Source: an uncultured Gammaproteobacteria bacterium (lineage in GTDB: Bacteria; Pseudomonadota; Gammaproteobacteria; GCA-002705445; GCA-002716945). Taken from it: DNA of 64,000 nucleotides. Shown piece by piece: positions 54,791-64,000 of this stretch; positions within the stretch are counted from its first letter, which is position 1; each line of letters starts with the position of its first letter. A program made the translations under genes and the position numbers. The notes under the pieces were generated by a model. It saw only the letters and a list, made by a program, of their open reading frames with translations, ran no database searches and was not told the DNA's origin. The stretch spans positions 669-64,668 of the forward strand of contig CAJWPJ010000002.1 in assembly GCA_913045115.1 (NCBI GenBank). Reading direction: 5' to 3'.

Positions 54791-55753
54791 ATGAAAAAAA
54801 AGTCTAACAAACAGCTTGCTAAAGAAATCATCAATAGGGAGATAGCTGCTCTCAAAAGAATGGTGAAGCTTTTAGATAATAATTTTGATAAAGCATGTGA
54901 TGCTATTTCATTAAATAAGGGTAAAATAATTACACTTGGTTTGGGAAAATCAAGTTTTATTGCCAAAAAAATGGCAGCAACACTATGTAGCACTGGATCT
55001 GCGGCATTATTCCTTCATCCAGTTGAAGCTATGCACGGTGATGTCGGGGTGATATCAAAAAATGATGTTGCTATTGTATATTCAAACTCTGGTGAGACGG
55101 AGGAGATAATAAAATTATTGCCTATTTTGAAATTACTAAAGTGTGACATAATATCTATTACAGGTAACACTTCATCATCCCTTGCTAAGTACTCAAAAAT
55201 TTCTCTAGATGCATCAGTGCTTCGAGAAGCATGTCCTAACAACTTGGCACCGACATCAAGCATAGTATGTGCCTTGGCGCTCTCAGATGCTCTTGCTATG
55301 GCGATTTCATATCAGAATAGTTTTACTATTAAAGATTTTGCTAAAACGCACCCCGAGGGTGAATTGGGAAGGAGACTATTAATTACTGTCTCAGACATCA
55401 TGATAAGCAAAAAATTACCATTCATACATTGCGATGATAATTTTCCTAACCTCCTAAATAAAACTACTAAATATAATTTGGGTTTAGTAATGATAATAGA
55501 TAATGAAAAAAAATTAATCGGTGTGATTACTGATGGAGATATTAAGAGAATAATAAAAAAATATAAAAATTTTGAATCAATCAAAATTAAAAATGTAATG
55601 ACGAAAAAACCTTTTACAGTAGACTCAGAAATGTTGGCTGCAGAAGCGCTTACTATTCTTGAAGAGAACAACATAAGTACACTACCAGTAATAGATCAGG
55701 GTAAAATAGTAGGAATACTCAAGTTCGAAAATATAATTAAATCGATTAAATAA
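54791..55753 (+). CDS. kdsD: Arabinose-5-phosphate isomerase (SIS + tandem CBS)
   Basis: 320 aa with a SIS domain (GLGKSSFIAKKMAATL) plus two CBS domains. Confidence 0.9.
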   Translation: MKKKSNKQLAKEIINREIAALKRMVKLLDNNFDKACDAISLNKGKIITLGLGKSSFIAKKMAATLCSTGSAALFLHPVEAMHGDVGVISKNDVAIVYSNSGETEEIIKLLPILKLLKCDIISITGNTSSSLAKYSKISLDASVLREACPNNLAPTSSIVCALALSDALAMAISYQNSFTIKDFAKTHPEGELGRRLLITVSDIMISKKLPFIHCDDNFPNLLNKTTKYNLGLVMIIDNEKKLIGVITDGDIKRIIKKYKNFESIKIKNVMTKKPFTVDSEMLAAEALTILEENNISTLPVIDQGKIVGILKFENIIKSIK

Positions 55754-55754
55754 T

Positions 55755-56294
55755 TTGACTATGGATCTAGAACTTATAAAAAACATTTACTCAAACGAAC
55801 TAATCAAAAAAGCAAAAAACATTGAATTGTTAGCATTCGATGTTGATGGTGTTCTCACGGATGGTGGCCTTTACTATGATCACAAAGGAAATGAACTAAA
55901 GAAATTTCACGCTCAAGATGGTCATGGTATAAAGATAATGCAATCTATTGGAGTAAAGACAATGATTATTTCAGGAAGACAATCAGATTCCGTTGAGCAT
56001 CGTGCAAGAGAATTAGGAATTGATTACGTCATACAGGGAAGTAGAAATAAACTTAAATCATTTTATGATTGCGAACTAAGTACATCGATGAAACATGTAT
56101 GCTTCGTTGGGGATGATACTGTTGATGTCGAACTTTTGGAAACTGTTGGGATGTCAATAGTAGTGCCAAATACTAATCCGTTAATAGACAAAGAGAGTTT
56201 TGATTGGGTAACAAAAAGAAATGGCGGTAATGGAGCAATAAGGGATGTTTGTGACCTTATCTATTTTTCAAAGATACTTGATGATAAATTTTAA
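55755..56294 (+). CDS. kdsC: 3-deoxy-D-manno-octulosonate 8-phosphate phosphatase
   Basis: 179 aa HAD-superfamily protein with a TTG start and motifs FDVDGVLTDG, GDDTVD. Confidence 0.9.
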   Translation: MTMDLELIKNIYSNELIKKAKNIELLAFDVDGVLTDGGLYYDHKGNELKKFHAQDGHGIKIMQSIGVKTMIISGRQSDSVEHRARELGIDYVIQGSRNKLKSFYDCELSTSMKHVCFVGDDTVDVELLETVGMSIVVPNTNPLIDKESFDWVTKRNGGNGAIRDVCDLIYFSKILDDKF

Positions 56295-56946
56295 TTTATT
56301 TATTATTTTTTTTTCCTTCCTATTATCATGTCACTCATCACTCGCAGATGATACAACTAATCAAAGAGAATTAAAAAATAAAGTATATAATTTTTCATCG
56401 AAGAATATTGATGCTGATATGTCTACTAAATGGAGGTTAACAGGATTATATTTGGAAAAGTACAAAGATAATTACACATTGATAAAGAATCCTAAACTCA
56501 AATTATTTAATTCTAATCTTATTACTAATATAAGCTCTGAAACAGCAATCGATCCTACAGGAAATATGGATGAAATTTATCTAAAAAGTAATGTGTTTGT
56601 AAATAGAGATAATCCTTCAACTGGGGATAATGTGAAACTATACACATCATACGCCATATTTTATTTACCAAAAAATCTAATTGAAACTGATCAAGATGTT
56701 ACAATAATCACCTCTGATTCAACAACGACCGGGAATGGATTGTCTGCTAACCTTGAGTCTGGGCTAATAACCATTCTTAGTAATGTCGAGAGAATTGTTA
56801 GCAATGGTGACCAATTACAGACAATAAAAGGTAATCAAATGATATATAATACTAAAACTGGTAAGTGGCTTGTAAAAAATAAGCCTGCGAGTGAATTAAA
56901 AAGAAGTATTGAGAATAAGGTAACAACTACATTCAACTTAAATTAA
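56281..56946 (+). CDS. lptC: LPS export protein LptC
   Basis: About 221 aa from an internal ATG (MINFNLFIIFFSFLLS transmembrane anchor); the ORF track begins at 56245, overlapping kdsC by 50 nt. The C-terminal TTTGNGLSANLESGLITILSNVERIV parallels E. coli LptC GTTFNSSGLKMRGNLRSKNAELIEKV. No second OstA-family gene (lptA) follows. Confidence 0.7.
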   Translation: MINFNLFIIFFSFLLSCHSSLADDTTNQRELKNKVYNFSSKNIDADMSTKWRLTGLYLEKYKDNYTLIKNPKLKLFNSNLITNISSETAIDPTGNMDEIYLKSNVFVNRDNPSTGDNVKLYTSYAIFYLPKNLIETDQDVTIITSDSTTTGNGLSANLESGLITILSNVERIVSNGDQLQTIKGNQMIYNTKTGKWLVKNKPASELKRSIENKVTTTFNLN

Positions 56947-56947
56947 T

Positions 56948-57673
56948 ATGTCAACTCTAGCGTCAATAGGTCTCAAAAAATCCTTTGATAATAAAACAGT
57001 AATTCATGATGTCTCCCTGGAGGTCAAATCTGGAGAGATAGTGGGCTTATTGGGGCCAAATGGTGCTGGGAAAACAACTACTTTTTATATGATAGTTGGC
57101 TTGATTAAATCAGATCAGGGAAGTATTCATATAAATGAGGAGAATATTACACTTGATCCAATTCATCGAAGGTTTGAACATGGCATAAGCTACCTCCCTC
57201 AAGAACCATCTATATTCAGAGATATGACCGCAAGGGATAATATTAACGCTATTCTAGAGATTGGTAAAACTTTGAATTCAAATGAGCGAGCAAAAATCTT
57301 AGAAGGTCTGATAGAAAAATTTGATTTACATAAATTTATTGATACAAAAGGTATCCAACTTTCAGGCGGGGAGAGAAGAAGGGTGGAAATTGCTAGGGCG
57401 CTTGCACTTAAACCTAAATTTCTTTTATTGGATGAGCCGTTTGCTGGTATTGATCCGATATCCGTAATTGACATACAAAAAATTATCAAAGTGCTGGCAA
57501 AAGAGGATATAGGAATATTAATCACAGATCATAATGTTAGAGAAACTTTAAAGATATGTCATAAATCATATGTAATTAACTCTGGAAAAGTTCTAGCATC
57601 AGGAAAACCTAAGGATCTAGTCAAGGATGAGGTTGTTAAGAAAGTCTACCTGGGTGAATCATTTAAATTGTGA
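56948..57673 (+). CDS. lptB: LPS export ABC transporter ATP-binding protein LptB
   Basis: 241 aa ABC ATPase with Walker A GPNGAGKTT, signature LSGGERRRV and Walker B LLLDEPFAGID. Confidence 0.95.
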   Translation: MSTLASIGLKKSFDNKTVIHDVSLEVKSGEIVGLLGPNGAGKTTTFYMIVGLIKSDQGSIHINEENITLDPIHRRFEHGISYLPQEPSIFRDMTARDNINAILEIGKTLNSNERAKILEGLIEKFDLHKFIDTKGIQLSGGERRRVEIARALALKPKFLLLDEPFAGIDPISVIDIQKIIKVLAKEDIGILITDHNVRETLKICHKSYVINSGKVLASGKPKDLVKDEVVKKVYLGESFKL

Positions 57674-59001
57674 ATAAATTAAAACAAACAACTTCGCTTT
57701 CTCAAAGAAAGGTTTTATCTCAACAAACAAGACAGGCAATAAGGCTACTACAGTTAAATACGTTTGATTTAGAGAAAGAGATAGATAACTTGATTTTAGA
57801 AAATCCACTTCTAGAAAAAAATGAAGAAATAGAATCAAATTATGATGTAGTCTCAAATGTCAGTGCATTAAATTCTGATCCAGATGATATCCTAAAGTAC
57901 CACAAAAAAAATGAAACACTTCAAGAATCGTTAATAAGACAATCAGAAATGGTATCATTTTCTGAAGATGAAAAAATAATATCTAGGATTATCATTGATT
58001 GTGTAAACGATAACGGCTACCTAACCGAAGACTTGAACAATATATTTTTACAAGCAAATAGGAGCATAGAAGTGTCATTCCAAGACATATTTTATGTTTT
58101 GCATACACTTCAGAGGTTTGAGCCTGTTGGAACATGTGCAATCGACTTGTGCGATACCTTATCTATACAGTTAGACAATTCTTATAGAGATTCTCCACTG
58201 TACGAAAGTGCAGTTGATATTATTCAATATGTAAAAAAAATAGATATTACAAATAATCCTGGATTTGATAGAATTATAGCTGGCCTAGACAAAATTACAC
58301 GTTTTGATGAGAAAGCCCTAGAATTAGTAAGAAAGCTTAATCCAAAGCCCGGCCTTGAAGTCTGTAAAAAATTAGATTCATATCAAATTACACCTGAGGT
58401 GATCATTTTCAAAAGAGATGGCAGATGGATTACCGAGTTAACCAAAAGCCAGCCTTTAGTTAAGTTGAATGCAGATTATGTTTCATTAATGAATGAGAGT
58501 AAGATAAAAACTGATTTAGATTACCTTCGCAAAAACTATAATGAAGCTAAATTTATTATCAAATCAATTAAGAACAGGAGCTTAACGATTCTAAATGTGT
58601 GCAAGGAGATTTTCATAAGACAGGCAGAATTTCTCAGAAGTGGTGATATTGGTATGAAACCAATGACTCTTAAAGATATTGCTGAGTCACTTGGTATTCA
58701 TGAGTCGACAGTCTCCAGGGCGACCAGCAACAAGTATGTGCAAACGCCAAGGGGTGTTTACGAGCTTAAATATTTTTTCACCTCAGAGCTTAATACTGAT
58801 ACCGGAAAGATGATCTCATCAAAAGTAATTATGAAAATGATCCAGGAGTGTGTTAAGACTGAGAGAGCTAATAAGCCTATGAGTGATAATGAAATATCTA
58901 AATACTTTACAACTTTGGGAGTATCTGTCGCAAGACGGACGATAACAAAGTATCGAGAGAAGTTAGATATCCCAAGTTCAACTAAGAGAAAAAGAGATTA
59001 A
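57670..59001 (+). CDS. rpoN: RNA polymerase sigma-54 factor
   Basis: 443 aa with a GTG start overlapping the lptB stop. Gln/Leu-rich region I, the RpoN box ARRTITKYRE near the C-terminus, and a short region II. Confidence 0.95.
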   Translation: MNKLKQTTSLSQRKVLSQQTRQAIRLLQLNTFDLEKEIDNLILENPLLEKNEEIESNYDVVSNVSALNSDPDDILKYHKKNETLQESLIRQSEMVSFSEDEKIISRIIIDCVNDNGYLTEDLNNIFLQANRSIEVSFQDIFYVLHTLQRFEPVGTCAIDLCDTLSIQLDNSYRDSPLYESAVDIIQYVKKIDITNNPGFDRIIAGLDKITRFDEKALELVRKLNPKPGLEVCKKLDSYQITPEVIIFKRDGRWITELTKSQPLVKLNADYVSLMNESKIKTDLDYLRKNYNEAKFIIKSIKNRSLTILNVCKEIFIRQAEFLRSGDIGMKPMTLKDIAESLGIHESTVSRATSNKYVQTPRGVYELKYFFTSELNTDTGKMISSKVIMKMIQECVKTERANKPMSDNEISKYFTTLGVSVARRTITKYREKLDIPSSTKRKRD

Positions 59002-59002
59002 C

Positions 59003-59461
59003 ATGATTAAGATCAAGTTAGAGGATTCTCAAGTTTCTGTCAGTGAAAATTGCAAAACTAAGAAAAGTATTTTAGAAAAAATATCTGAGCTTCTAAGTAA
59101 GCCATCGGGTATAAATAGAAATGATATTTTCGCTAAACTGTATGAACGAGAGAAGCTTGGTTCGACATCTATAGGTAAAGGTGTCGCAATACCACATGCA
59201 AGAATCCATAACATAGAGTATCCATTCTTATCAATTATGATACTGGATGAGCCTGTAGATTTTGATAATATTGACAGTCTAGATGTAGATATAATTGCGT
59301 CGCTGATTGTTCCAGAAGAAAATTTTAGTAATCACCTTGAATTGTTGGCATATCTGAGTAACAAACTTGATGACCCATTTATTAGAAAAGAATTAAGACA
59401 AGCAAGAAATAGTAGTCAAATTATTAAAAATTTACGTTCCGATGATCTGGAGTTCATTTAA
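59003..59461 (+). CDS. ptsN: Nitrogen-regulatory PTS IIA protein (EIIA-Ntr)
   Basis: 152 aa EIIA(Fru/Ntr) fold with the phospho-His context GKGVAIPHAR. It directly follows rpoN; no hpf lies between them. Confidence 0.85.
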   Translation: MIKIKLEDSQVSVSENCKTKKSILEKISELLSKPSGINRNDIFAKLYEREKLGSTSIGKGVAIPHARIHNIEYPFLSIMILDEPVDFDNIDSLDVDIIASLIVPEENFSNHLELLAYLSNKLDDPFIRKELRQARNSSQIIKNLRSDDLEFI

Positions 59462-59843
59462 TTTGAAAGTTGGTATATTAATAATAACTCATAGTGATAT
59501 TGGCAAGCAGTTACTTCTGACTGCAACTTCGGTGTTCGGAAAAAATCCATTTCAAGTTGAGTTACTCTCTGTAGATAATTATGATCAGCCTAGTGATGTA
59601 AGAGAGCTGGCAGAAAAATACGTCAATTTTCTTGATAATGGATCAGGTGTTTTAGTTATGACGGACATAATTGGAACAACACCCTCCAACATTGCATCCT
59701 CTATTAATTACAAGAATATTAGAGTTGTAGCAGGGTTAAATCTATCAATGTTATTGAATGTTTTCAATTATCCAGAAGATTCCCTAGATACATTAACAGA
59801 TAAAGCCGTTAAAGGCGGTATTGAGGGAGTTTCAAGGGTATAG
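59442..59843 (+). CDS. PTS EIIA mannose/fructose-family (EIIA-Man-like) stand-alone protein
   Basis: 133 aa. VGILIITHSDIGKQLL matches the EIIA-Man active-site His region (ManX IAIVIGTHGW). The real start may be the TTG at about 59463, just after the ptsN stop. Confidence 0.7.
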   Translation: MIWSSFNLKVGILIITHSDIGKQLLLTATSVFGKNPFQVELLSVDNYDQPSDVRELAEKYVNFLDNGSGVLVMTDIIGTTPSNIASSINYKNIRVVAGLNLSMLLNVFNYPEDSLDTLTDKAVKGGIEGVSRV

Positions 59844-60113
59844 ATGATTACTAAAGAACTAAAGATTCTTAATAATCTAGGTCTTCACGCTAGAGCTGCT
59901 GCAAAAGTAGTCTCTACAGCAAACAAGTTTGAATCACAGATAATATTTGTAAAAGATAATAAAAACGCTGATGCTAGAAGTATAATGAAATTATTAATGC
60001 TATCAGCTTCGAAAGGTTCGTGTATCTGTGTAAAAATTGATGGTATTGATCAGAGTGATGCTATGAGCTCGATTGAAAAGCTTTTTAAAAATAAATTTGA
60101 TGAAGAGAAATGA
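59844..60113 (+). CDS. npr: HPr-family phosphocarrier protein (NPr/HPr)
   Basis: 89 aa with the active-site His context NNLGLHARAAAK. Confidence 0.8.
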   Translation: MITKELKILNNLGLHARAAAKVVSTANKFESQIIFVKDNKNADARSIMKLLMLSASKGSCICVKIDGIDQSDAMSSIEKLFKNKFDEEK

Positions 60114-61828
60114 GCATAATTATTACAGGTGACAAGGTTTCACAAGGTATATGTATAGGTCATGCTTTCGTGGTCAATAAGGACAGTATTGATCATAATC
60201 CGTCATTTATTACAAAGAATCAGATCAAAAAGGAATCTAAAAGATGTTTGGATGTTATTGAGCAACTTAAGACAGAGTATAAAAAATCCTCAACTAAAAT
60301 TAAAAACAGTCCCGTGATTACAAAACTAATGGATATGCAATTAAGTTTCCTTGATGATAAAGGATTCAAAGATAATATTCTCAAAAAAATAAGTAGCCAG
60401 GGTTTCAGTGCAAGTTGGGCAATATCATCAGAGTATCACACTATAAGAAAATCTTTTGAGGATATCGAAGATAAATACATTCGAGAAAGATTGACAGACA
60501 TCAAACAAATGATTATCAGTTTATTGGAATTACTTCAATCTGGAGAAAAAATTAATATTTTCAACAGCAGAAACATTGAAAATAGAATAATTATAACTGA
60601 CGAAATTACACCTAAGGATGTAATTGACATATACCATAACCAAGGACTAGGAGTAATCGTTTCACATGGCAGTCGCTCCTCTCATAGCGCGATACTGAGT
60701 AAAAGTTTATCGCTGCCAATGATGATAAAGGCAGAGTCTTGTGTCCATATTATCAAAAATGAAGACAAGCTTATTATGGATTCCGATAATCAAATGATAG
60801 TGATAAACCCTGATGATTTCGAACTTAAACATTTTAAAAAGATTCAAGCAGATAAGAGGACACTTATAAAGTCATATAAAGAGAGCAGTAATAAGAAAGC
60901 AATCACAATAGATCGTATCAAAGTAGATGTAATGAGTAATCTTGAATTATCAGAGGAAGTTAAACTTATAAATAAGAATTCTGATGGTATAGGGCTATTC
61001 AGAACAGAATACTTATATATGAATAGAAATGACTTACCTACAGAGCAAGAGCAATATATCGCTTACAGCAAAGTCTTTAAAAAAATATTAAATAAACCTG
61101 TAACTTTAAGAACTTTAGACATTGGGTCTGACAAAGAGGTATCTGAGAATATGAAAGTTGGTCAGATAGCAAAAAATCCTGCTTTGGGCTTGAGGGGAAT
61201 AAGATACAGTTTATATGAGAAAGATCTCTTCAAAACTCAGATTAAGGCGATGTTAAGAGCAGCCAAGAGTGGTAATCTGAGAATCTTGATACCGATGATA
61301 ACCACGCTTGATGAGATAAAAAAAACAAAAGAGCTTATCGATGAAGCTAAATGTGAACTCATTAAAGAGAAGAAAGCTTTCAATGATATATATGAACTAG
61401 GAATTATGATCGAGGTTCCGGCAAGTGCAATTCAAGCAAGTGTATTAGCAAAGCATGTTGATTTTATGTCCATAGGGACTAATGATCTTGTACAATACAT
61501 ACTCGCAATAGATAGAATTGATGATGAGGTTACTAGCCTATATGACCCTACTAATCCAGCTGTGTTGCAACTAATAAAAAAAGTGATAGAGACGTGCAAT
61601 AAATCAAAAATAAATGTCACAGTTTGCGGTGAGATGGCTGGAGAAAAGGTCTATACTAAATTGCTGCTTGGGCTTGGGCTTACATCTTTTAGTATGCACC
61701 CACAAGCTATACCTGAGATCAAAAAAACTATAATGCAGACAAATACTAAAATGTTAAAAAACAAAGTAAGTGCCGTACTTAAATGTCATGATCAAACGAG
61801 AAGGCTGCAACTGATCGAATCTCTCTAG
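60110..61828 (+). CDS. ptsI: Phosphoenolpyruvate-protein phosphotransferase (Enzyme I) without N-terminal GAF domain
   Basis: 572 aa with an EI N-terminal HPr-binding domain, the phospho-His domain (GSRSSHSAILS) and a PEP-utilising TIM barrel (MSIGTNDLVQY, CGEMAG). Its length fits PtsI rather than the GAF-containing PtsP. Confidence 0.85.
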   Translation: MSIIITGDKVSQGICIGHAFVVNKDSIDHNPSFITKNQIKKESKRCLDVIEQLKTEYKKSSTKIKNSPVITKLMDMQLSFLDDKGFKDNILKKISSQGFSASWAISSEYHTIRKSFEDIEDKYIRERLTDIKQMIISLLELLQSGEKINIFNSRNIENRIIITDEITPKDVIDIYHNQGLGVIVSHGSRSSHSAILSKSLSLPMMIKAESCVHIIKNEDKLIMDSDNQMIVINPDDFELKHFKKIQADKRTLIKSYKESSNKKAITIDRIKVDVMSNLELSEEVKLINKNSDGIGLFRTEYLYMNRNDLPTEQEQYIAYSKVFKKILNKPVTLRTLDIGSDKEVSENMKVGQIAKNPALGLRGIRYSLYEKDLFKTQIKAMLRAAKSGNLRILIPMITTLDEIKKTKELIDEAKCELIKEKKAFNDIYELGIMIEVPASAIQASVLAKHVDFMSIGTNDLVQYILAIDRIDDEVTSLYDPTNPAVLQLIKKVIETCNKSKINVTVCGEMAGEKVYTKLLLGLGLTSFSMHPQAIPEIKKTIMQTNTKMLKNKVSAVLKCHDQTRRLQLIESL

Positions 61829-61830
61829 CT

Positions 61831-62742
61831 TTAATCTGAAGAGAGTAAGAAATCTATAAGCGCCATTGAGCTGTATAATCTGTTATGAGCTTGTTGCCAA
61901 ACAACACTGTATTGCGAATCCATTATTGCATCATCAATTTCTTCTCCTCTATGAGCTGGAAGACAGTGAAGGAATATTGCCTCTTTTTTTGCCTTGGACA
62001 TTAAATTCATATTCACTTGGAAGCTTTTAAAAACTTTTTTTCTCTCGTCATTTTCATGCTCATCACCCATACTTGCCCAAACATCTGTGGTTACCACATC
62101 AGCGCCATCAACTGCAGAACCAGGAATTTCGCACAATTCAACATTTTCCCCAAATTTATCCAAAGTGTACTTATCAGGTTCATATCCATTTGGTACAGAA
62201 ATTTTAAGCTTAAAATTGAGTAATTTGGATGCATTTATGTATGAATTACACATATTATTGCCATCTCCAATCCAAGCTACTGTCATATCATTAAAGTTAT
62301 CACCTTTTATTTCTGCTATAGTTTGCATGTCTGCTAATAGTTGGCATGGATGAAACAGGTTGCATAGTCCGTTGATGATTGGAACTGATGAATTCTCTGC
62401 AAGACTCTTTATCTCATCATGTGAATTTGTTCTCATCATTATCAAGTCAACCATTCCAGACAAAACTTTTGCGGTATCAGAAATATTCTCTCCTCTTTTA
62501 AGTTGAGAGGAATCTTCTGATAAGAATATTGCATGCCCTCCTAATTTATACATAGCAGTTTCAAATGAAACTCTTGTTCTGGTCGAATTTTTTTTAAAAA
62601 TCATAGCTAGCGTTTTATTATTACAACTTTTTATAACAGTATTAGCTCTATCTTGCGACTTGTAATCTATAGCTTTTTTGATTATTCGCTTGAATTCTTG
62701 AGTATTTATATCTATCAATGTCTTGAAGTGTCTTTTAGCCAT
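61831..62742 (-). CDS. argF: Ornithine carbamoyltransferase
   Basis: 303 aa with carbamoyl-phosphate motifs STRTRVSFE and HPCQ, the ornithine-binding motif DVWASMG and HCLPAHRGEE. Confidence 0.85.
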   Translation of the reverse strand: MAKRHFKTLIDINTQEFKRIIKKAIDYKSQDRANTVIKSCNNKTLAMIFKKNSTRTRVSFETAMYKLGGHAIFLSEDSSQLKRGENISDTAKVLSGMVDLIMMRTNSHDEIKSLAENSSVPIINGLCNLFHPCQLLADMQTIAEIKGDNFNDMTVAWIGDGNNMCNSYINASKLLNFKLKISVPNGYEPDKYTLDKFGENVELCEIPGSAVDGADVVTTDVWASMGDEHENDERKKVFKSFQVNMNLMSKAKKEAIFLHCLPAHRGEEIDDAIMDSQYSVVWQQAHNRLYSSMALIDFLLSSD

Positions 62743-63907
62743 AATTATCTCTTATAAGTTTCTCGAGTATATCAACAATACTAATGACATGCTCTTCTTT
62801 ACAAATTAATGGAGGAAGTAGTCTAATTGTTTTTTCTTTAGTTACATTAATAACAAGGCCTTTCTCAAGAGCTTTTGTAACAAGCTCAGTACAAACATCA
62901 TTAAGTTGTATACCAATCATAAGACCACATTGCCTAATATCGCTGACCGACTTTAAAGGTTTAATTTTTAAGTCCATATGATCATGCATGACTTTACTAA
63001 TTTTATTTACATGTTGACATAGTCTCATGTCTCTCATTATGTCCATAACTTTCAGACCAACTGAAGTAGATAAAAAATTTCCACCAAATGTAGAACCATG
63101 CATTCCGGCTTTAAGAACATGAGCGGCTGGTCCTCTTGCAAGACAAGCTCCTATCGGAACACCATTTCCTAGAGCTTTAGCTACCATAACAACATCTGGT
63201 TGAATATTACTATGTTGATAGCTGAACCATTTCCCTGTTCTACAAAATCCAGATTGAACTTCATCAATCATGAGTAAAATTTTTTTCTCATCACATAACC
63301 TTCTCAGTGTTTGAAGATATGAATTGTCACATGGGATAATCCCGCCCTCGCCTTGTACAGGCTCCAACAAGATCGCAGAAACATCATTATGATTTTTCAA
63401 ACTTTCATGAATGTCATCAATATTGTTAAAATTTACTCTCAGTAGTCCATCCAGAATCGGTCCAAATGCATCATGTGATGAGGGATTTGCAGTCGCGCTC
63501 ATTGCACCCATTGTTCTTCCATGAAAACTATTAGACATTACAATTATTTTTGGATTTTCAAAATTCTTGTCGTGGCCAAATTTTCTTGCAATCTTTATTG
63601 CAGCCTCTACAGACTCAGCGCCCGAGTTACAAAAGAATGAGTTTTCCATACCTGTTAGTTGACAAAGCCTTTTTGCAAGTTTCTCTTGGCTATCAATATT
63701 AAAAGCATTAGAGGTATGAATTAACTTTTCTGATTGAGACCTTAGTGTCTCTGTTATAAGTGGATGTGAATGCCCTAAACTTGTAACAGCTAAACCGCAC
63801 AGCGCATCAAGGTATTTTTTTCCATCTGAGTCATAGAGATGAACGCCCTCACCCTTTACGAATTTAACTGGCTTCCTGTTATATGTCGGCATTATGTTAG
63901 AGGTCAT
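62735..63907 (-). CDS. argD: Acetylornithine/succinylornithine aminotransferase (class III PLP)
   Basis: 390 aa with a class III aminotransferase fold. DEVQSG precedes the PLP-binding Lys region. It overlaps argF by 8 nt. Confidence 0.85.
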   Translation of the reverse strand: MTSNIMPTYNRKPVKFVKGEGVHLYDSDGKKYLDALCGLAVTSLGHSHPLITETLRSQSEKLIHTSNAFNIDSQEKLAKRLCQLTGMENSFFCNSGAESVEAAIKIARKFGHDKNFENPKIIVMSNSFHGRTMGAMSATANPSSHDAFGPILDGLLRVNFNNIDDIHESLKNHNDVSAILLEPVQGEGGIIPCDNSYLQTLRRLCDEKKILLMIDEVQSGFCRTGKWFSYQHSNIQPDVVMVAKALGNGVPIGACLARGPAAHVLKAGMHGSTFGGNFLSTSVGLKVMDIMRDMRLCQHVNKISKVMHDHMDLKIKPLKSVSDIRQCGLMIGIQLNDVCTELVTKALEKGLVINVTKEKTIRLLPPLICKEEHVISIVDILEKLIRDNYG

Positions 63908-64000
63908 AATATAATTCTCGCATGAAAAAGGTAATTTTATATTAAATTATAAAGATTGCCAGTTGTTGAATAAAACCTACTTTTACTGATATTTATGTGT

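Overview
This window is about 64 kb of an AT-rich (roughly 30-33% GC by eye), very gene-dense gammaproteobacterial chromosome. Gene order is strongly syntenic with Escherichia coli and Pseudomonas housekeeping loci, so the organism is probably a streamlined marine gammaproteobacterium, but that is an inference only. Nearly every base is coding. I can support about 65 protein genes and 2 tRNAs.

Content, left to right:
- Truncated arsC-family gene, guaB-guaA, xseA, dksA.
- pnp-rpsO-truB-rbfA-infB-nusA-rimP-metY (initiator tRNA).
- Complete nuoA-N (14 genes; nuoC and nuoD are separate).
- A PdxH-like FMN-fold gene, then secG-leuU(tRNA-Leu GAG), tpiA, and glmM-folP-[PD-(D/E)xK nuclease]-ftsH-rlmE.
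- tpx, a DAACS symporter, carAB, rsmI, sspA-petCBA, a degS-like protease.
- murA-hisG-[class I DAHP synthase]-hisD.
- An RND exporter, mlaC and mlaA.
- yrbG-kdsD-kdsC-lptC-lptB-rpoN-ptsN-[EIIA-Man-like]-npr-ptsI, then argD-argF.

I saw no mobile elements, CRISPR arrays, integrases, toxin-antitoxin pairs or recognisable defence islands. I could not identify a clear multi-gene undescribed system.

The most interesting structures, all departures from the conserved synteny, are:
1. An HpnN-like RND exporter plus MlaC plus MlaA in the exact syntenic slot where mlaFEDCB normally sits.
2. A free-standing RecB-family PD-(D/E)xK nuclease inserted into the ftsH-folP operon.
3. A DAHP synthase translationally coupled inside hisG-hisD.
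4. lptA missing between lptC and lptB.
5. A DksA with a degenerate zinc finger.
6. rpsO/pnp overlap, with the classical pnp autoregulatory leader absent.
7. An initiator tRNA with a U1/G72 end pair.

All functional calls come from recognising conserved motifs and order by eye; no database search was run. Hand-derived coordinates (tRNAs, hairpins, palindrome) may be off by 1 nt.
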